Shown: positions 20,635 through 30,897 of the stretch, piece by piece | How positions within the stretch are numbered: position 1 is the stretch's first letter | Layout: each line of letters begins with the position of its first letter | IMG/VR virus record: IMGVR_UViG_3300037083_000054 | Location: 1 to 64,000 of that record | DNA: 64,000 nucleotides | Source of the DNA: a virus | Reading direction: 5' to 3' (one strand) | The notes under the pieces: model-generated | The model's input: only the letters and a program-made list of their open reading frames with translations | Database searches by the model: none | What the model was told of the DNA's origin: nothing | Position numbers and translations under genes: made by a program

Positions 20635-23600
20635 TCGTCGCAGCCGGATCAAATCCTTCGATTGACATTCAAATCGTGAACGATAGCGGTATTGCCGTTA
20701 CCGGACTCGTTGCGGCGACGATTACCGCAACCGTGAATTACGTCATCAACGGCCTCACAGCACAGGTCTCGATCTCACTTTCCGATCTCAGCACGATTAC
20801 GTCAGCTTATTCATCGGGCGGCATTAAAGAACGCTCCGGTGGTCATTATCGACTGGATCTTCCGGCTTTGGCTGTTGCGACGGCGGGAACGAGCGTTGAA
20901 GTCTACGGCGAAACAACCGGCCAGCATATTATTTGCCCCGCGATTGATGTCGGACCGCTTGTTGTGAATGTCTCTCAAATCAATGCAGTCTCCACGTCGA
21001 GCGTGACGACGGTGAACGCGAATATCGGCACGACGCAAGCCATCGCCTTTGATGCGAATAACTATCAAAAGGTTGATCTTGTCGATGTCTTAGGAACTGC
21101 GGCGACTGCCGCGACGGCTGGCATTTTGGATGTCAACACGAAGAATCTGAATAATGTCAGCACATCCTCGGTCACAACGATTAATGCGAATCAGGGAACA
21201 ACGCAGCCGGTGAATTACACGGGAACCGGTTCATCAGCATTGGTAAAATCGGACATGCAGGATATTGCGGGCTCGGCGGTGAATGCTGCATCCGCTCAGA
21301 TCGGAGTGAACATTGTTCAAATCAATGCTCAGACCGCCTCGGCGTCGGGGGCGGTGACATTTCCAAATGCGACTTTGGCCAGCACGGCGAATATCACGAC
21401 GGTCGGAGCCGTCTCGTCGCCGGTGCAGGTCGACAATATTGGTTCCAGTTCCGCCGCATTGAATGTCGTTGCCTCATCATTCACGCAAACAACCGGAACA
21501 GTCACGAGCGGAACTTATACGAATACGTTTACGCTCGACGGTTCGTTCCATGTGACGGCTGCTGCGGCGGGAACGCTCGACGAATACTACGTTTTCAATG
21601 TCGGAACGACAGGGCAGATTGCAACGGGATTCCAATTCAACGGCTATTTGGCTGGAGCAGCGAATACGCTGAACGTCTTCGCTTATAACTGGACTTCTTC
21701 CGCGTGGGATCAGATCGGAACACTGGTGGGCGTGGCAGGAACGCCAACACTGCCGAACGAAACACAGCAAGAATACGACCTCATCAATAATCACACGAAT
21801 ACGAGCACGGGCAATGTCCAGATCCGATTCCAAGCGACGGGATTGACGCTGGCGAGTCTCTATGCCGATCGTTTGTTGACGGGCTATACCACGATCTTCA
21901 GCTTTCCTACCAACTTTGCCTCACAGTCCATTGACTCGTCGGGCCGCGTTCTCCTTCAGCCATCGCAGCCGAGCGTTGTGATTCCGACGGTGACGACGGT
22001 GACGAATCAACTCACTGCGGCTCAAATCGCAACAGGAGTTTTCCAAGATACGACTTCGGGCGACTTTACAGTGTCTGGTTCCATCGGAAAATCGCTCTTT
22101 ACATCGGGTAATGCTCCAGGGGCATCGAGTGGCCTCGCATTGGTCGGGTCCAACATGGGGACGGTCACGGGCGGCACGATTACGACAGTGACGAATCTGA
22201 CAAACGCCCCAACGAGCGGCGATCTGACGGCCACAATGAAAGCGAGTGTCACAACCGCCGCGACAGCGTCAACGCCGACAGTGACCGTCAGTATGGGGAC
22301 GGGAACGGGCCAAATCAATTTGAATGCGGGAAATGTCCCGATTGATATGACTGTCGCTCTGCCCACGGCTCCGGTGGCGAACACCATTGGGGAGGCCCTG
22401 TTCATCGCGGATATTCTCGGCGGTCGAATCAATACGGCCCAAGCGGGAGCCTCGACAACCATCACTCTGGACTCGGGAGCTTCATCCGACGCAACGGCCT
22501 ATGTCGGCGATGACATCTATCTCTATGGCGGCATGGGGGGCGGTGTCCGCGGGACAGGGCAACGTCGAACGATTGTCGCTTATAATACGAGTACAAAAGT
22601 CGCGACGGTCAATCGAGCTTGGGATACGAATCCGGACAACACGACGAAGTTTATTACACTGCCAACCGCCCAATCGAACCTTGGCATGATTCAAGGGGTC
22701 CAAATCACGACTCCCGCGACAGCAGGGGTTCTCGACGTCAATGCGAAGAACGTGAACAACGTTTCAACCGGATCAGTCACCACGATTGATGCGGTCATTG
22801 GAACGCCGACTGTCGGCTCGACGGCAGCGGCTCTCAGTACCGCTCAAACAAGTCTCAATACTTTGGTGACAGGCGTCGTCGTCACGACCAACAATGACAA
22901 AACGGGTTATTCGCTCACCGTCACTCCTCCCACGGCTTCGACAATTGCTTCCACGGTCTGGCAGGATGCGACCGGCGGGGATTTCACTGTCTCGGGTTCC
23001 ATTGGAAAGAGTCTCTTTACGGTGGGGGACGCTCCCGGAACGGCGGGCGGTCTAGCGATTGTCGGATCGAATATGGGAAATGTGGTCAATGTCACAGGGT
23101 CCGTGAATGGCCAGTTGACTGGTCCGCAAACGGCCACAGCGATTTGGCAGGATGCGACCGGGACAGACTTCACGACTGCGGGTTCCATTGGCAAGAGCTT
23201 GTTCACAACGGGCAACTTCCCTGGTACAGCGGGAGGGATGGCCCTTGCTGTCGATTCGTCAGGCCGTGTCAATTCGTTCATGGTTGGAATTTTGACAACG
23301 CTTTTGACGGAAACGACGGTCGGATGGCTTGCCGCCGCCTTTAAGAAGTTCTTCAATCTTGGCTCACCGACCTCGACGATGAACGAAATCACCTTGGTCG
23401 ATACCACCACAAATCTGACGAACGCAGCGTCAAATGGCGACTTCACAGCGACCATGAAAACCAGCATCACGGAGGTGGTTCCTTCGGTGGTTTCGATTCA
23501 ATCGGGTCTGGCGACTGCGAGTCAGATTCCGGCCCATTTCACAAATGGGACGTTTGCGTCCGATGGCGTGTTTTCTGTGGCGGCTTTGGCGAATGCTCCG

Positions 23601-24425
23601 ACGGGCAGCGATGCGACTCCTTCGCAAATTGCGACTGCCGTCTGGCAGGATAATACAAGCGGTGATTTCACTGTCGCTGGCTCCATCGGGAAAAGCCTGT
23701 TCACAAATGGGGATGTTCCTGGTGCAGCGGGCGGAATCGCGATCGTCGGTTCCAACATGGGCACCGTATCCAGTGTCACGGGCAGTGTGAATTCTGTTTC
23801 TAGCCCGGTGACTGTGACGGGGACGCCATCCGTGAATGTCACAGAAATCAGCGGAAGTGCCGTCAATCCATCGGCGGCTCAAATTGGCGTCAATGTTGTC
23901 GATATCGGAGGAAGTGCCAGCCAAGGGGCAGCGGGCTATGTCGGTGTCGATTGGGCGAAAGTGGACAATCCGACTGCGACCGTGGGATTGACGAATACGA
24001 CGATCAGCACGAGTCAAGTCGTTTCCGTCGATACGGATGCGATTGCTGCTGCTGTCGCTGCCGCATTGGGAGCGGCGGATATCAGCGTGGTCAGCCCGCT
24101 ATCACAAGACGGAACCGTCTTGATTCTGGTGAACGGCGATTCCTACTCGGTTGCCAATGGACGATCGTTGATTTTCAATATCACGGATCAACCCGGCTTG
24201 GTCGGATCGACTCCGCATTTGCGAGTGACGGGTCTGACGCCTGATTTGGCCGTCGCTCCGGCAATTCTCAGTGCGACACAGACAATCACCTTTAACGACG
24301 TTCTGACGGCCGTGACGCAGCAATTGCCGATCGGCCAGTCGATTCCCTATCAAATCCACTTTATTGATGGCATTGATGTGGCCACTCCACTTCAAGGTTT
24401 GGCTTCAATTTCTCGATACGTTTGA
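20631..24425 (+). CDS. Large Thr/Ser/Ala/Gly-rich virion fibre/adhesin-like protein
   Basis: 1264 aa; four WQDxTxGDFTVxGSIGKSLFTxGxxPG repeats; tail-associated TAQAGASTTITL...GQRRTIVAYN motif. Confidence 0.7.
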   Translation: MIVAAGSNPSIDIQIVNDSGIAVTGLVAATITATVNYVINGLTAQVSISLSDLSTITSAYSSGGIKERSGGHYRLDLPALAVATAGTSVEVYGETTGQHIICPAIDVGPLVVNVSQINAVSTSSVTTVNANIGTTQAIAFDANNYQKVDLVDVLGTAATAATAGILDVNTKNLNNVSTSSVTTINANQGTTQPVNYTGTGSSALVKSDMQDIAGSAVNAASAQIGVNIVQINAQTASASGAVTFPNATLASTANITTVGAVSSPVQVDNIGSSSAALNVVASSFTQTTGTVTSGTYTNTFTLDGSFHVTAAAAGTLDEYYVFNVGTTGQIATGFQFNGYLAGAANTLNVFAYNWTSSAWDQIGTLVGVAGTPTLPNETQQEYDLINNHTNTSTGNVQIRFQATGLTLASLYADRLLTGYTTIFSFPTNFASQSIDSSGRVLLQPSQPSVVIPTVTTVTNQLTAAQIATGVFQDTTSGDFTVSGSIGKSLFTSGNAPGASSGLALVGSNMGTVTGGTITTVTNLTNAPTSGDLTATMKASVTTAATASTPTVTVSMGTGTGQINLNAGNVPIDMTVALPTAPVANTIGEALFIADILGGRINTAQAGASTTITLDSGASSDATAYVGDDIYLYGGMGGGVRGTGQRRTIVAYNTSTKVATVNRAWDTNPDNTTKFITLPTAQSNLGMIQGVQITTPATAGVLDVNAKNVNNVSTGSVTTIDAVIGTPTVGSTAAALSTAQTSLNTLVTGVVVTTNNDKTGYSLTVTPPTASTIASTVWQDATGGDFTVSGSIGKSLFTVGDAPGTAGGLAIVGSNMGNVVNVTGSVNGQLTGPQTATAIWQDATGTDFTTAGSIGKSLFTTGNFPGTAGGMALAVDSSGRVNSFMVGILTTLLTETTVGWLAAAFKKFFNLGSPTSTMNEITLVDTTTNLTNAASNGDFTATMKTSITEVVPSVVSIQSGLATASQIPAHFTNGTFASDGVFSVAALANAPTGSDATPSQIATAVWQDNTSGDFTVAGSIGKSLFTNGDVPGAAGGIAIVGSNMGTVSSVTGSVNSVSSPVTVTGTPSVNVTEISGSAVNPSAAQIGVNVVDIGGSASQGAAGYVGVDWAKVDNPTATVGLTNTTISTSQVVSVDTDAIAAAVAAALGAADISVVSPLSQDGTVLILVNGDSYSVANGRSLIFNITDQPGLVGSTPHLRVTGLTPDLAVAPAILSATQTITFNDVLTAVTQQLPIGQSIPYQIHFIDGIDVATPLQGLASISRYV

Positions 24426-24436
24426 AAGGACAAAAT

Positions 24437-24604
24437 ATGGCGGAATCTAAGTTTGACAAAGTGGCAAAGTCGATCGAACGTAAGGAAGGCTATTCGCCTG
24501 CCGCCGCCAAGGCGACAGCCGCGAAGATTGGCCGGGAGTCGATGGGCAAGACGGCGTTTCAAGCGAAAGCGGCGGCGGGTCGTCGAGCGGCCAACAAAAA
24601 GTAA
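24437..24604 (+). CDS. Small basic Ala/Lys-rich protein
   Basis: AAGGA RBS; strongly basic composition. Confidence 0.6.
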   Translation: MAESKFDKVAKSIERKEGYSPAAAKATAAKIGRESMGKTAFQAKAAAGRRAANKK

Positions 24605-24916
24605 TTCTCACTTTTTTGTCAACTCATGGGCGGATTGCGGCGGCTTTTCTTGTCGCACAATCCGCTCCACTTCTTTATAGCCGAGCAGTCGGATGAAGTA
24701 TCGAATTCCTAGTAGGGCAATTTCTCGGGCCGTCATCGTTGTATCTCCTCTTGCCTCTAACGCGAATTTCATTGGATTGGCTCAAATCGCAGTCATACAA
24801 TTCCTATTTCTGAGAAACATACTACAATTGTGATATTTATCATAGCGGAATGCCGATTCTTCCATTAGATTCTGCGAGCCTCGCATGTCACTATTCCTCT
24901 GGAGGGAGAATCAATC

Positions 24917-25531
24917 ATGGATGACGAGTTGATGCTGTCGATTGCTGCCGGGGACGCATCCGCGTTCGATGCTCTGCATCAGCGATGGAATCGGCGATTG
25001 ATGACTCGCTTGTGCGTCGGATCGAGTCGCCGCGACCTTCAGACTCGCGAGGATATCGTTCAGGAAACCTGGATTCGCGTGTGGAAATTCGCATCCCAAT
25101 ACCGACCCAACGGTCATTTTGATTCGTGGCTCTTTCGCATTGCCGATTCGTGCCGAATTGACATGCATCGTCGAGGGAAGGTCAGTCGGCTTGCGTTGCC
25201 GATCCCCGAAGATCAATGTCTCGAAACACTTCTCGAAGACAAATGGTCCGCACTCATTGGGAGCGTTGATCGCATGATTTCGGACGAGGAACAATCGCAG
25301 ATTCTCGATGCGATGGAAACGATTCCTTCTGAGCAAGCGGACGTCTTATCGCTCGTGATTTTCTGCGGGATGACTCATCCGGAAATTGCCGAGAGACTGA
25401 ATATTCTCGTGGCCACATCCAAATCTCGCTACCGTCTGGCAAAAGAAAAGATCTGTGAAGCGTTGGGTTTGACGACCGTCGCCGCATCGAATGCAGCGGC
25501 AGTGTTGGAACGATCTCTGGTTGTGGCGTAA
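24917..25531 (+). CDS. ECF-type sigma-70 factor
   Basis: Region 2 EDIVQETWIRVW...FDSWLFRIA; region 4 GMTHPEIAERLNI.VATSKSR. Confidence 0.88.
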   Translation: MDDELMLSIAAGDASAFDALHQRWNRRLMTRLCVGSSRRDLQTREDIVQETWIRVWKFASQYRPNGHFDSWLFRIADSCRIDMHRRGKVSRLALPIPEDQCLETLLEDKWSALIGSVDRMISDEEQSQILDAMETIPSEQADVLSLVIFCGMTHPEIAERLNILVATSKSRYRLAKEKICEALGLTTVAASNAAAVLERSLVVA

Positions 25532-26034
25532 TGATGCCAAAAGTCTCGGCCTATTATGCGAAAAAGCAACGAGACGGCTATCGCAAGTCCGTTTCGACCG
25601 TGGACGAGGTTTGGTCGGTTCTTTCGCAGTATCCCCATGCCAACACATGGCTGGGTCCGCGTTCTCCGTTCGGGTCGACGAGCGTTCATCACATCATGGG
25701 TCGAGGTCCGAATCCGCGATTCCACTGGTTCTGCAATCTGGTTGTCTGCTCCGATCTCTGTCATGCCTATGGGCACGACCAGCGACCGTACGTGCTGGAA
25801 TTGTGTTGCTTGCATGCGAAGATGCGGCAAGAAAAGATCTTGCTCGCAGAAGATGGACTGAGATCGTCAGAGTGTTCAGAATGGATTTGGCATCCGACCG
25901 CAATGGCCGAGAATATCCATCGTCCGACCCTCTCGCATCGAATTGAAGAATTGCTCATCAAAACCGCCTATTTACCGGATAGCGGCATTTTACAGACGTT
26001 CGGATGCGAGATTCTCGACTTTCTGAACGAATGA
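25531..26034 (+). CDS. HNH-like nuclease-fold protein
   Basis: VHHIMGR...NLVVCSDLCHAYGH. Confidence 0.5.
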   Translation: MMPKVSAYYAKKQRDGYRKSVSTVDEVWSVLSQYPHANTWLGPRSPFGSTSVHHIMGRGPNPRFHWFCNLVVCSDLCHAYGHDQRPYVLELCCLHAKMRQEKILLAEDGLRSSECSEWIWHPTAMAENIHRPTLSHRIEELLIKTAYLPDSGILQTFGCEILDFLNE

Positions 26035-26069
26035 TTTCCTGTTAGGATTGTCACCAATACGAACCATCC

Positions 26070-26372
26070 TTGCAGGACGACTCTCCGATGCAAATCTGCG
26101 GCCCCCTCATCTCCGGCAGTAATTCCACGATCAATGCGACGACTCCGACGGCGTTGACGTCCACGTTCACTCCGGTGGTAGGTGGAATTATCATTCAGGC
26201 CCCCGCAGGCAACAGCCAGATCATCTATCTTGGCGGCTCGAACGTCACGTCCGCAAATGGCTTTGCTCTCGCTGCCGGAGGCAGTTCGCCGCTTCTCCAT
26301 ATCAACGATGTCAGTAAACTCTATGCGATTTCCGCGACCGGGACGCAGGCCGTCAACTGGATCGGTGGTTAG
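26070..26372 (+). CDS. Small putative structural protein
   Basis: IQAPAGNSQIIYLG.SNVT..NGF.LAAG beta-rich phage protein pattern. Confidence 0.5.
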   Translation: MQDDSPMQICGPLISGSNSTINATTPTALTSTFTPVVGGIIIQAPAGNSQIIYLGGSNVTSANGFALAAGGSSPLLHINDVSKLYAISATGTQAVNWIGG

Positions 26373-26417
26373 TAAGTCGTTGCATTCGAATCCGAATTCG
26401 TTAATCTATTCTCAGTC

Positions 26418-26684
26418 ATGGATTTACTGACTCCGAATGGATTCGATATGTCAACACGCGATGGCCGCAAGGATTGCCGCCCCGGACCGCCCGCTCTCGA
26501 CACCAATCAATCTGCCGAAAATCTCAAAAAGGCGATTGGTGATTTCTACGAGCGAGTGCAAGAACGTCTCAACTCCCCTGGATATCAGGGCGAGATTTCT
26601 CTTTCAGTAATGCTATTCGATGGCATTCCCCAACAACACACTGTCACTGAATCTCAGCGGCACAAGCACAAGGATGTGAAATGA
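26418..26684 (+). CDS. Hypothetical protein
   Basis: ATGA coupling to next gene. Confidence 0.5.
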   Translation: MDLLTPNGFDMSTRDGRKDCRPGPPALDTNQSAENLKKAIGDFYERVQERLNSPGYQGEISLSVMLFDGIPQQHTVTESQRHKHKDVK

Positions 26685-27748
26685 GTTACGTCGATCGCCA
26701 GTCAGAAATTGTGAATGCTGTCAACGAATCCGTCCGTTTGACGGCCAATTGGATTCGGGAATTGCGGAAGAATGACACGCTGAAACCCACCGAATTCATC
26801 ATGCTCGCATGGCGGAATATGATCCTCGCCTGTTCCGGAGATATTCCGGAAGCCTCGCGGTCGATCTGCGTGGCTGTCTCGGTCTTTCAGGAAGAGTTCC
26901 GACAGTATAGCCAAAGCTACGACGGGAAAGTGAACCCGAACGGTTCGCCGGTGGGTTCGTTCTGGGCCGCATTGGCCAAAGTGCAAGAACGCGTGATGAA
27001 ATCGGACACCGTCTACGTGGAAGAACTCGAATCTATTAAGGAACTGCGATCGCAACGAGTTTCGGATGATCAGATTGCCTTTCATATCTATGGCAACCGA
27101 GGAAAAGAGGGGCCGTTTATCACGAAGCATGGGACCGTGAATAAGCGATTGCTGGATCTCGCCGCAGAATCGCGGGATGCTCAAGACAAGATTCTGCGAG
27201 ATGCGGGATGGCCCGAACAAGACGGCATCTTTTACCCGCCGTGGAAAGCCCAATCGAGCACGAGCAAGAACAAGGAAGATCAGGAACGATTCGAGGCGTT
27301 CAAAGCCTTGCAGGAAGGCCCGAAAGCCTACGAAGACCCGTCCTCGATCGAAGATATGTTGTACGATGGCTGTTATGTGCAGCAGATTCAACGCGGCAAA
27401 CATTGTACTCGCGAAGAAGTACTGAACGCGGCGATTGCCTTGGGAATCGACGTGAAGGATGAGCCTGGTTTCAATCCGCGTCTGAATCAAGCGATCACGC
27501 GGAAGGTCGAGCCCGTCGTGCCGGAGCATATGAAGCAGCATCTCGCGGGTGAAGCGGCAGAAGGCGATATTGACCCCGCTGGGACGCTCAGGCCGCATGT
27601 GGAAGTCATTGCGAATGGAAATCCGACATTTGGAGCGGCGGAGATTGTCGAAGACCTGCGAGTGAGCGGCATTTCGGCCACAGCGAGACAGGTGAGCGGT
27701 ATTCTGCGAAGCCTGAAGTCTGCGGCGAAACGTCAGACGGTCCAATAA
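26681..27748 (+). CDS. Hypothetical protein
   Basis: 355 aa ORF, AAGGA RBS, followed by terminator. Confidence 0.7.
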   Translation: MSYVDRQSEIVNAVNESVRLTANWIRELRKNDTLKPTEFIMLAWRNMILACSGDIPEASRSICVAVSVFQEEFRQYSQSYDGKVNPNGSPVGSFWAALAKVQERVMKSDTVYVEELESIKELRSQRVSDDQIAFHIYGNRGKEGPFITKHGTVNKRLLDLAAESRDAQDKILRDAGWPEQDGIFYPPWKAQSSTSKNKEDQERFEAFKALQEGPKAYEDPSSIEDMLYDGCYVQQIQRGKHCTREEVLNAAIALGIDVKDEPGFNPRLNQAITRKVEPVVPEHMKQHLAGEAAEGDIDPAGTLRPHVEVIANGNPTFGAAEIVEDLRVSGISATARQVSGILRSLKSAAKRQTVQ

Positions 27749-27761
27749 ATTCAATTGATTC

Positions 27762-27796
27762 AACAGCCCAGCGGGAAATTCCTTCTGGGCTGTTTT
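27762..27796 (+). terminator. Intrinsic terminator
   Basis: AACAGCCCAG...CTGGGCTGTTTT hairpin with T tail after the 26681 gene. Confidence 0.75.
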
Positions 27797-27824
27797 CCAA
27801 AATCTGCCATAGCATTCGAAAAAA

Positions 27825-27845
27825 ATAAATAAGCCGCTTATTTAT
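27825..27845. promoter_or_regulatory. Palindromic operator copy 2
   Basis: ATAAATAAG-CCG-CTTATTTAT at the start of a new + strand unit. Confidence 0.8.
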
Positions 27846-27883
27846 CGGACAGTGGATATACAGTGCCGTGAGACGACAATGCA

Positions 27884-28276
27884 ATGACGCAAGAATTGAG
27901 AGTCACGATTCACGCGATGGAGCGATTCGTCCAGCGGACTCGCAAGCAATTTCGGCATATCGACGACTGCCTCGCTCGCGGATGCCAGAAATGCGATCGA
28001 CTGAAAGAGATCATTCGCCAAGAAGTCTTTCAGCACTCTGCCGAGATTTCGAAAGAATTGTTGATTCGCTTCGGGCGAGCGAAAGAATATACCCCCGTTC
28101 GCCATACGTCTCTCAAAGGAAAAACCTCCCGCTATTTCTTGCTGGGAGAATTCGAATTCATTGTCGATGATTCGGTCGAACCGGCGGTTTTGATTACCTT
28201 CGCGAAACGGCATCAAGAAACCGTCTGGCGAAAGATCGCAAAAAACTCCCGCACAGGGAATCGGAAAGAACACTAA
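27884..28276 (+). CDS. Hypothetical protein (TxHAxERF motif)
   Basis: VTIHAMERFVQR N-terminus; directly after operator. Confidence 0.6.
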   Translation: MTQELRVTIHAMERFVQRTRKQFRHIDDCLARGCQKCDRLKEIIRQEVFQHSAEISKELLIRFGRAKEYTPVRHTSLKGKTSRYFLLGEFEFIVDDSVEPAVLITFAKRHQETVWRKIAKNSRTGNRKEH

Positions 28277-28374
28277 TGGACGGTGAAAGAACGCTCGGGC
28301 GGCTTTGCAACGCAATTGGCCAAAACGACTTAAATGCGTTTCAGGATGAATAAATACGTTTCAAGGAACTGAAA

Positions 28375-28602
28375 ATGAGCGATTTGAACGAAAAAAGACC
28401 GGAACTGAAGATCTATGTTGTTGGCGAGACTTCCGGGAATCCAGAAGACTGGTCGGAGTTTGGGAGCCGAAAAATCGTGATTGCGGAGTCGCCAGAGCAG
28501 GCATTGGATCTCTCTGATGCAACTCGTCGGGGCTGCGTGTGCCTATTGAATGCAAGTTTTCCAATGGTGGTGATGAGCGAGGAATTTACAGGGACCACCT
28601 AA
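28375..28602 (+). CDS. Tn-A cargo, hypothetical protein
   Basis: AAGGA RBS; inside TIRs. Confidence 0.5.
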   Translation: MSDLNEKRPELKIYVVGETSGNPEDWSEFGSRKIVIAESPEQALDLSDATRRGCVCLLNASFPMVVMSEEFTGTT

Positions 28603-29171
28603 TCCCATTGATCCTTCAGGCGGTTCACTTTTTTTACGTCCCACGATTTGAGGATCAAGTCAGTGCCGACTGTGGCAACGATCATTGAAAATCGACCGCG
28701 ATTCGTTGATGAGTCAAGGTGTTGATTCACGAAGTCGATCATATCGTCCATGTCGCGGATGTCCGATTCTCGCGGAAGATTGAGATGAAGCTTCGACGGC
28801 ATTGTGAGTTTCTTACAATCTGACGCAACTGATTCGTGATCGAATGACAGCACATCCAGCTTGTGAGCAAAGCGATTCCTTATCTCGGCCAGTAATGCAA
28901 GATTGTTGAAGCAGCCTTTTGATATAATCCCAAGGCAATATGCACACTTCGCCTTATTCAAAAACGACCCGATAGGGCCGGACGAATCAAGCATCGCATT
29001 CGCGGTTTCTCCCTCAATAAAATGCAGTCCTAGGAGCGATCCAAGGCAATGGTCCACATAAGCGATTCCGACGATCGCACAAACTGAATCTGTTTGATGA
29101 GTGAGTGCATCGAATAAACCTTGCCATTTTGCTCGCAGATCTTCTGGACTCAGTTGTTTTGGTTTCGCCAT
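28599..29171 (-). CDS. Tn-A cargo, MtlR-like / HEPN-fold protein
   Basis: TDSVCAIVGIAYVD..L, GPIGSF..K, EIRNRFAH (Rx4H). Confidence 0.7.
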   Translation of the reverse strand: MAKPKQLSPEDLRAKWQGLFDALTHQTDSVCAIVGIAYVDHCLGSLLGLHFIEGETANAMLDSSGPIGSFLNKAKCAYCLGIISKGCFNNLALLAEIRNRFAHKLDVLSFDHESVASDCKKLTMPSKLHLNLPRESDIRDMDDMIDFVNQHLDSSTNRGRFSMIVATVGTDLILKSWDVKKVNRLKDQWD

Positions 29172-29204
29172 TTCACTCCTGATAATGTTTGATTTGATTA
29201 AAAT

Positions 29205-29262
29205 AAAAAACCCGCATCTGACACCAAAAGGCTACCGATGTGGGTTTCTCTCATTCAAGCGA
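29205..29262 (-). terminator. Transposase terminator overlapping a putative cargo promoter
   Basis: Hairpin AAACCCGCATC/GATGTGGGTTT with U tail on - strand; TTGAAT-N18-TAGCCT; homologous to 49159-49215. Confidence 0.6.
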
Positions 29263-29269
29263 ATCGCAT

Positions 29270-30577
29270 TTACTGTGATGCCAATTCTTTTTCCATTTCC
29301 TCAATTTCAAGATCTGCGACCCAAGCGTCGCGAGCGTAAGACACCGGTTTTGTTGGTTCGATCGTTTTGTTGTCGCCCCAGAAAATTGGCTCGATCCCAA
29401 GTTCGCATTGTTCTTGAATCAGGCAACAGAGATTGTGAGCGATCAGCTTGCACAAAACCTCATTGGTCATGGCGACCAAGTTTTTGCTGCGAACAGCGTC
29501 GCCGAACTTTCTTTTGACCATGCTGAACGTACTTTCGACGTTTGATCGACGATGATAGTGAGCGAGGTATTCATCCTTTTTGAATTCGAAATAGTGCAGC
29601 ATCTTCTTGAATAGACCACCGACTGATCCAGTCGCATTGTCCTTGAACGCGATGAATGCTATCCCACCGAGATTAGCGACAGTTTCGAAGTTCTCCAGGC
29701 TACTGTATGCCTTGTCCGCCGAGACTTCTTCAATCATGAACGTCTTGCCAGTCTCTTTCACGAGTGGTTCAAACTGCGGGCAATCTGCCGAGTTCTGATC
29801 CATGATCCGAACTGCTGTCACGCAATTCGTTTTGATTCCGCAGGCGATGTGACATTTGATCCAGACGTGCTTCAGTTTCGTCACCCCATACTTCGCGTCA
29901 TACCAGCGTTCGAACTTATTTGTCGAGAATCCGCTGCTGTCGATCGCAAATCGAGTCTCGACCACTTTCAATGGTGCGGCACTCTTGCCGACCAGGGCCG
30001 TGAGAAATGGCGTCAACGCGGGGTTCTCCATGAATGCTGTCGTTTTCACGCCAGGAATCGGTCGCGAGATAAATCCTCGTGCTTGTGCTTCTCGCAAGTC
30101 GGACGAAAACCGTCGACTGCTGAGCGTGGTATAGACCTTGAAGACACAGGCGAAAATCGAATCACGAACTGTGTGCGGTTTCGGCCCTTTTCTCCAGAGT
30201 TCGCGTTCTGGTTCTTTTAATCCCCTGCACAGATCGTGCAGCAATTCCTGTACTCGGTCCTTTTCCATGCTCTGAGCCTTATTGTAAGCCGCCCAGTTTT
30301 GCTTGTAGGTTGTTTTCTTGGTCAGCGTGATGCTCTCGGTCTCTGTCACGCTCCCATCGGGATTAAACTCGCGTTTGGCAGTAATTTCGACGGCATATTG
30401 ATGCTTGCACTTGAAACCGTTCTCCGAATGGTCCGGACATGTGCAGGTCTTTTTGACAGGATCGACGCGGTAAATCGTATTGGCATTTGATTGTGAAGGA
30501 ACCAGCCAAACATTCGACATTCGGTTCAATTTGCACACGGCAGCGATGATCAATCCGCGTTGTTCTCTGGCATCCAT
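29270..30577 (-). CDS. DDE transposase (IS4/IS5 superfamily) with N-terminal SWIM Zn finger
   Basis: CTCPD...CKH (SWIM); AIDSSG, SADKAY, YHRRSNVESTFSMVK (YREK signature). Confidence 0.9.
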   Translation of the reverse strand: MDAREQRGLIIAAVCKLNRMSNVWLVPSQSNANTIYRVDPVKKTCTCPDHSENGFKCKHQYAVEITAKREFNPDGSVTETESITLTKKTTYKQNWAAYNKAQSMEKDRVQELLHDLCRGLKEPERELWRKGPKPHTVRDSIFACVFKVYTTLSSRRFSSDLREAQARGFISRPIPGVKTTAFMENPALTPFLTALVGKSAAPLKVVETRFAIDSSGFSTNKFERWYDAKYGVTKLKHVWIKCHIACGIKTNCVTAVRIMDQNSADCPQFEPLVKETGKTFMIEEVSADKAYSSLENFETVANLGGIAFIAFKDNATGSVGGLFKKMLHYFEFKKDEYLAHYHRRSNVESTFSMVKRKFGDAVRSKNLVAMTNEVLCKLIAHNLCCLIQEQCELGIEPIFWGDNKTIEPTKPVSYARDAWVADLEIEEMEKELASQ

Positions 30578-30582
30578 CTGAT

Positions 30583-30701
30583 AACCCCTTTTAATCAGGG
30601 GCGTTCCCGATAGAATGTTCGATGGTTGGTCGCATTCTGGTGGAAACGCCGGTTTGTGATTCCGTCCCTGATTCGATTCACAGTCGAGTCAGGGATTTTT
30701 T
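30583..30701 (+). ncRNA. Structured transposase leader / putative antisense RNA (copy 1)
   Basis: CCCCT/AGGGG RBS hairpin, GGCGTTCCC..GATAGAAT..GGAAACGCC helix, + strand terminator hairpin 30665-30701 with two G-U pairs. Confidence 0.65.
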
Positions 30702-30719
30702 ATTGGCCAGTGCCAACAC

Positions 30720-30764
30720 GAGCTAGCATACAAAAATAAAAACGATTGTCAAGTATGCTTGCTC
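30720..30764 (-). promoter_or_regulatory. Sigma70-type promoter of the transposase flanked by operator inverted repeat
   Basis: TTGACA-N16-TATGCT on - strand; GAGCTAGCATAC / GTATGCTTGCTC. Confidence 0.7.
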
Positions 30765-30897
30765 GGAATTGAATGTTGTGTTACGATTCTTCTGCTACGC
30801 ATGCTTGCCACGTCAATAGTGCAGGCGCAATGGTTTTCGGCAGGTGTCACGAAAACACGCAGATCGTACGGAAAACAGCAGGTGAAGGAGTCGAATC

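Noticed and set aside
26702-27763. 353-aa minus-strand ORF
   Set aside because: Antisense shadow of 26681-27748, which has the RBS, coupling and terminator.
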